From positions 1,954,615 to 2,018,614 of the forward strand of contig CP074575.1 of the NCBI GenBank assembly GCA_018394315.1: a stretch of 64,000 nt of DNA. The letters are read 5' to 3'. The notes under the pieces were generated by a model. The model saw only the letters and a program-made list of their open reading frames with translations. It made no database searches and had not been told where the DNA came from. This DNA is from Mycoplasmatota bacterium. Lineage in GTDB: Bacteria; Bacillota_I; Bacilli_A; MAG-NZ. Made by a program: the position numbers and the translations under genes. Below, in pieces: positions 59,470-64,000 of the stretch (within the stretch, counting starts at the first letter, position 1; each line of letters opens with the position of its first letter).

Positions 59470-60648
59470 CTAAATCATCTCTTTTCCATCTAGGATTTGT
59501 ATAACTCTTTCCAAATCTTCCTCCAATAGATTGCTACTACATGGTATATTTAATAAACTCTCCTCATAAAAAAGAGCTTTTTCTATTCTAAATGCCCGAC
59601 ACTGTAGGTAAGGCTTCTGTTTATGGATTAATCTCCATACAGGTCTTGACTGAACATTATTATCTATCAATTTATTAAGTAATTGATCTCTAGTCATACC
59701 ATATTTACTAGAGTCAACAATAACTGAGTAAAACCAATGGTTACATCTACAATCATCTCTGAATGATAGCAACCTCAATCCATCTATTTCAGCTAACTTT
59801 TCTTTATACAAATTATAGTTAGAAATTTTAGTGGCAACGAATTCCTCGAGTTTATCAATTTGACTTTTACCAAAAGCAGCTTGGATATTTGTCATTCGAT
59901 AATTATATCCAATTTCATCGTGGACAAAGTAAAGTGAATCAGTTTTTGCCTGAACTCCTAAGAAGTTAGCTTTATCAAGTAAAGTTAAATCATTTGAAAC
60001 AATCATTCCTCCCCCACCAGTAGTAATGATTTTATTGGCATTAAAAGAATATACACCAATGTCACCAATTGTTCCACAATGCTTTCCTTTAAACTTGCCA
60101 TCTAAGAAAAATGAACCTAATGCTTCTGTGGCATCTTCCACTATTTTCAAGTTAAATTCACTTGCTAAATGCATTAGTTTATCCATATTTGCTGGATTTC
60201 CAAAAACATGTACGATAATTAATGCCTTAATATGCTTTCTCGTTTTCTTGTTAATTGTTTTATTATCAATAAAATCACACTCATCACTTAAAAAAATTTC
60301 AAGCTTGTCCATATCCATATTTAGAGTTTCATCACAATCCATAAAGATTGGTTCAGCACCAACATATTTGACAGGGTTAACAGCTGCTATAAACGTAAGA
60401 GTTGGTACTATTACCTCATCATTATCAGAAACATCAAGCACTTTCAAAGCCAAATGTAATCCGGCCGTTCCGCTTTGAGTTGATATAGCTTTATCTACAC
60501 CAACATACTCTGCAATCTTTTCTTCAAACTCATTGATAAATCTGCCACCAGTTGATACCCAACCGGTTTCTATTGATTCCTTAATATTCTCTAAAATATC
60601 TAGTGATAAGTTTGGAACGGAAAGTGGAATAAGTTTATTATTTTTCAT
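59470..60648 (-). CDS. DegT/LegC-family sugar aminotransferase
   Basis: SGTAGLHLAL, TFIA..N, EDATEALGS, SFNANKIITTGGGG, GYNYRM. Confidence 0.9.
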   Translation of the reverse strand: MKNNKLIPLSVPNLSLDILENIKESIETGWVSTGGRFINEFEEKIAEYVGVDKAISTQSGTAGLHLALKVLDVSDNDEVIVPTLTFIAAVNPVKYVGAEPIFMDCDETLNMDMDKLEIFLSDECDFIDNKTINKKTRKHIKALIIVHVFGNPANMDKLMHLASEFNLKIVEDATEALGSFFLDGKFKGKHCGTIGDIGVYSFNANKIITTGGGGMIVSNDLTLLDKANFLGVQAKTDSLYFVHDEIGYNYRMTNIQAAFGKSQIDKLEEFVATKISNYNLYKEKLAEIDGLRLLSFRDDCRCNHWFYSVIVDSSKYGMTRDQLLNKLIDNNVQSRPVWRLIHKQKPYLQCRAFRIEKALFYEESLLNIPCSSNLLEEDLERVIQILDGKEMI

Positions 60649-60659
60649 AAAATTTCCCT

Positions 60660-61295
60660 CTATAGATGTTTAATAAATTCTGCAGGAATTCCACCTACTA
60701 ATACATCACTTTCTACATCATCTAGTACTACCGCGCCAGCAGAGATGATAGAATGATTACCTATTTTAATATCATTTGAAACATTTGATCCAATGCATAT
60801 CCAACTATAATTATCAATAGTAACAGTTCCTCCAATATTTACGCCTGGAGAAATATGTACACCATCACCAATTTTACAACAGTGATCAATACTTGATGAA
60901 GTATTGATTATGCATCCCTGTCCGATTACAGTACCCGTATTTATTACTGAATTAACACAAATCATCGTCCCCTCGCCAATTTTGGTGTTTTCACTTACAA
61001 CAGCAGTTGGATGAATCAGTGTTGGCAATTTATAACCACACTCCATTAAGAGTTTAATATATCTCATTCGAAGAAGATTATCTCCTATCGCAACAAAAGC
61101 GTAATCATATTTATCTCTTAAAGTAACAAACTCATCCAGTTTCCCTACTACAGGATACCAATCTAGCCTAGATTTAGATTCATCATTATCAAGAAATGAT
61201 ATTTCATCCCACTCTTTTGATAAACATGCTACTTCAGCTACTACTTTGCCATGCCCACCTGCGCCTAATATCAATAGTTTTGCCATGCTAATCAC
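60660..61295 (-). CDS. NeuD/PglD-family sugar N/O-acetyltransferase
   Basis: GAGGHGKVV, AIGDN..R, LIHPTA, DH, hexapeptide repeats, GIPA. Confidence 0.9.
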   Translation of the reverse strand: MISMAKLLILGAGGHGKVVAEVACLSKEWDEISFLDNDESKSRLDWYPVVGKLDEFVTLRDKYDYAFVAIGDNLLRMRYIKLLMECGYKLPTLIHPTAVVSENTKIGEGTMICVNSVINTGTVIGQGCIINTSSSIDHCCKIGDGVHISPGVNIGGTVTIDNYSWICIGSNVSNDIKIGNHSIISAGAVVLDDVESDVLVGGIPAEFIKHL

Positions 61296-61914
61296 CTACT
61301 TTAGAATTATTACCTTTGAATGTACCCATTGTTACATGGCCTTCTTGCGATACACCACTTCGACTTATCACTCTTACTACTGTTTTAAGTAATATTCTTA
61401 TATCAAGGGCAAAAGACATATTTTCGACATAATATAAATCATGTTTAAATCTGTCTTCCCAGGTTATGCTGTTTCTTCCATTAACTTGAGAGTAACCTGT
61501 AATACCAGGTCTAACATTATGCCTTTTAAATTGTTCCTCATTATATAATGGTAGATATTTAACTAAAAGTGGTCGAGGACCAACTAAACTCATATCGCCT
61601 TTTAATACATTGATAAGTTCTGGCAATTCATCGAAACTTGACCTTCTCAAAAAATCCCCATACCTCGTAACCCTAAATTTATCATCAAGTAATTCTCCAT
61701 CACTATTTCGCTCATTATTCATTGTACGAAATTTAAACATTCTAAAGATCTTTCCATCTAATCCTGGCCGTTTTTGGACAAATATTACTGGTTTTCCTAA
61801 TTTAAAATAACCTAACACTGTTAAGAATAGTAAAAGAGGGGTAAGTACAATTAGGAAAAATAAAGAAGCTATAATATCAATCAACCTTTTAATATATTTA
61901 TACATGCCTAACAC
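61288..61914 (-). CDS. Priming phosphoglycosyltransferase (PglC/EpsL-like)
   Basis: KRLIDI, FKFRTM, DELPEL, GDMSLVGPRP, RPGITG..QVNGRN. Confidence 0.93.
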   Translation of the reverse strand: MLGMYKYIKRLIDIIASLFFLIVLTPLLLFLTVLGYFKLGKPVIFVQKRPGLDGKIFRMFKFRTMNNERNSDGELLDDKFRVTRYGDFLRRSSFDELPELINVLKGDMSLVGPRPLLVKYLPLYNEEQFKRHNVRPGITGYSQVNGRNSITWEDRFKHDLYYVENMSFALDIRILLKTVVRVISRSGVSQEGHVTMGTFKGNNSKVGD

Positions 61915-61924
61915 CCTATCACAG

Positions 61925-63640
61925 TTATTTATCTAAAATCTCTAATACCCGCTTATAATAATACTCATAATCTTTGTCATCTATCTGCAACTCGACTGTA
62001 TTTCCATTAAAGAAATATTTATAGTTATCATCAACTGAACTTTGAATAGTAACTATCACAATCACTCCAGCAAGATTTAAAATATTAGTGATCTCACTTA
62101 ATCTTCTAAAATGCTCTTTAGTTGTATATTCATCTTTATATTTGCTGATGTCAGTACCCACACCATGAACTACGTTATTAAACGGTAAGTAATATGCTTT
62201 TTTATCTTCCATGCATAATTTCTTCTCAATAAATCTAGCACAACTCTTTCTTCCAGAACCTTTATCTCCTGAAATGATTATTGTTAATGGTTTATGACCG
62301 TATAATTTTTCTCTTTCTTCACTTGTTACACCTGATTTATACCAATTTAAATCTCTTTCTTCTCTTTGCTTCCTTAGTAATGACATACCATCATCTATTG
62401 ATTCTATGATGATTCCACCACCTGAAATTTCATAATTATCTATTAAAACAAATCTAGAAGTACTTGATACATTTTCACTTAAATCAAATGCAACCTCTTT
62501 ATCGGTTTTAATAATAATGTCAGCCACTTCATGTCTCTTAACACGATTAGCAATCTTATTATTTAAGTTTGATGCATCAAGAACTGAAACTATTTTCTCA
62601 ATTTTACAAGTGACTTTCTTAGTACCAATCTTAATAATATACTCATAATTCTCAACAAGATCATCCTCACCTAACCAGAAAATTTTTGCTTTAAATCTTG
62701 TTGAAATCTCAGGCTTTAATTCCTTTATGTTACAAGCAACTTCTCCTCTAGAAATATATATTTGTTCTTCTAAGGTAAATCCAGCAGCTTGTCCAATATA
62801 GGCACTTTGTCTAACATCACCATTAAAATATTCAATAGAGTTTACTCTAGATTTTTTTCTAGAAGGGTAAAAAATAATTTCATCTTTTATAGAAATTTGT
62901 CCTGAATCAATAGTTCCCGCTACAATTCTTCTATCATCACCATTAGCAGTGAACTTATAGACATCTTGAACCGGCATTCTGAAAGCTGATTCTTCAATAC
63001 TCTTATTTTCAAAATTATCTAGTGCTTCTAGAACATTATCATCTGTATACCATGACATATTATCTGAATGGCTGGCAACGTTATCTCCATAAAAACCTGA
63101 CACAGGAATAAATTTAGATGCAGTAACACCAATTTCAGATAAGAATTCTTCATATTCTTCTACAATTATGTCATACTTTTCTTTATCGTAATCAATAAGA
63201 TCCATCTTATTAACTATTACAACAATCTGCTTTATTCCAAGCATTGATAGTAAATATCCATGTCTTCTAGAGTTTTCCATAACTCCTTCTTGTGCATCTA
63301 TGACAAGTAATGCAGCTTCAGCTCTTGCTGCACCGGTAACCATATTTTTTAAAAACTCAATGTGACCAGGAGCATCCATAATAATATACTTTCTTTTATC
63401 TGAATTAAAGAAAACTCTTGCTGCATCAATAGTTATTCCTTGGGCCTGTTCATCTTTTAGTGCATCTAATAAAAATGCATACTCAAACGGTTTTGAATTT
63501 CTTTTACACGTCTCTTTTACTTGGTCAAGTTTACCTTCAGGAAGTGAATTAGTATCATGTAATAATCTACCAATCACTGTACTCTTACCGTGATCAACGT
63601 GACCTACAATAACAATACTCATATTCTCTTCATTAAACAT
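61925..63640 (-). CDS. cysN: Sulfate adenylyltransferase subunit 1 fused to a degenerate APS-kinase-like domain
   Basis: [34 protein letters not shown]-terminal [10 protein letters not shown] domain. Confidence 0.9.
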   Translation of the reverse strand: MFNEENMSIVIVGHVDHGKSTVIGRLLHDTNSLPEGKLDQVKETCKRNSKPFEYAFLLDALKDEQAQGITIDAARVFFNSDKRKYIIMDAPGHIEFLKNMVTGAARAEAALLVIDAQEGVMENSRRHGYLLSMLGIKQIVVIVNKMDLIDYDKEKYDIIVEEYEEFLSEIGVTASKFIPVSGFYGDNVASHSDNMSWYTDDNVLEALDNFENKSIEESAFRMPVQDVYKFTANGDDRRIVAGTIDSGQISIKDEIIFYPSRKKSRVNSIEYFNGDVRQSAYIGQAAGFTLEEQIYISRGEVACNIKELKPEISTRFKAKIFWLGEDDLVENYEYIIKIGTKKVTCKIEKIVSVLDASNLNNKIANRVKRHEVADIIIKTDKEVAFDLSENVSSTSRFVLIDNYEISGGGIIIESIDDGMSLLRKQREERDLNWYKSGVTSEEREKLYGHKPLTIIISGDKGSGRKSCARFIEKKLCMEDKKAYYLPFNNVVHGVGTDISKYKDEYTTKEHFRRLSEITNILNLAGVIVIVTIQSSVDDNYKYFFNGNTVELQIDDKDYEYYYKRVLEILDK

Positions 63641-63649
63641 AAGTTCCCC

Positions 63650-64000
63650 CTACATATACCCATCTTTACGAAGAGTTTCTAATCCACCATCTTCAGCATC
63701 CTGAGCTCTACCGCTTCTTTCAGCAATTGTTTTTAATTTCCCTGCCTTTAATTCTTCTACAATTTCTTCAACGGTTTTAGAACTTGATTCAATAGGGAAA
63801 GTACATGGATAACATCCTAAAGAACGGTATCTTTTTCCATCTCCTTGATTAAAATATAAACTAACCATAGGAATATCTTCTCTTTGTATATATTCCCAAA
63901 TATCCGTTTCAGTCCAATCTAATAAAGGATGAATTCTAACATGAGTTCCAGGAGCAAAATCAGTTTTATATTGATTCCAAAACTCTGGAGGTTGATTTCC
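63650..64000 (-). CDS. cysD: Sulfate adenylyltransferase subunit 2 (3' part; runs off the window end)
   Basis: The frame continues upstream of the track's [12 protein letters not shown]...[19 protein letters not shown]...RYRSLGC.PCT...ERSGRAQD...LRKDGYM. Confidence 0.93.
   Translation of the reverse strand, partial: GNQPPEFWNQYKTDFAPGTHVRIHPLLDWTETDIWEYIQREDIPMVSLYFNQGDGKRYRSLGCYPCTFPIESSSKTVEEIVEELKAGKLKTIAERSGRAQDAEDGGLETLRKDGYM

Noticed and set aside
1..64000. CRISPR arrays, tRNA/rRNA genes, prophage or integrase genes
   Set aside because: No regularly spaced repeats, cloverleaf or rRNA-like GC-rich segments, or phage/integrase motifs were seen on reading; a tool-based scan was not possible

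Overview
Very AT-rich chromosomal window from a low-GC Firmicute-type bacterium. It uses the standard code (TGA = stop) and AGGAGG/GGGGTGA-type RBSs. It carries cell-wall genes (murE, glmSMU, pdaA, an amidase) and [FeFe]-hydrogenase maturases. The gene style suggests a deep Bacilli lineage (Haloplasmatales/Turicibacter/Izemoplasmatales-like), which is inference only. Positions 1-40.5 kb hold mostly housekeeping genes (priA, rpoZ, gmk, rqcH, ktrB, pdaA, rlmD, acpS, uvrB, hydEGF, murE, pyk, pfkA, dnaE) mixed with accessory genes: an intact IS3/IS150-type element inserted into a terminator loop, an orphan radical SAM enzyme preceded by an unannotated 5-codon ORF (MVKLR), an ABC-F ATPase with a uORF (MNITY) attenuator, regulators and an HRDC-DUF4011-SF1 helicase. 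Positions 40.7-64 kb are the distal part of a mosaic surface-polysaccharide locus on the minus strand. It combines sulfate activation (cysD, cysN), a sulfotransferase, an AsnB amidotransferase, an ATP-grasp ligase, a CapK-like ligase, bacillosamine-type and HexNAcA sugar pathways, two Wzy/WaaL-like proteins, embedded glmM/glmU/glmS, a duplicated degenerate APS-kinase domain and a decayed galU remnant. No rRNA, tRNA or CRISPR array was seen. All product calls come from motif recognition, not database searches.
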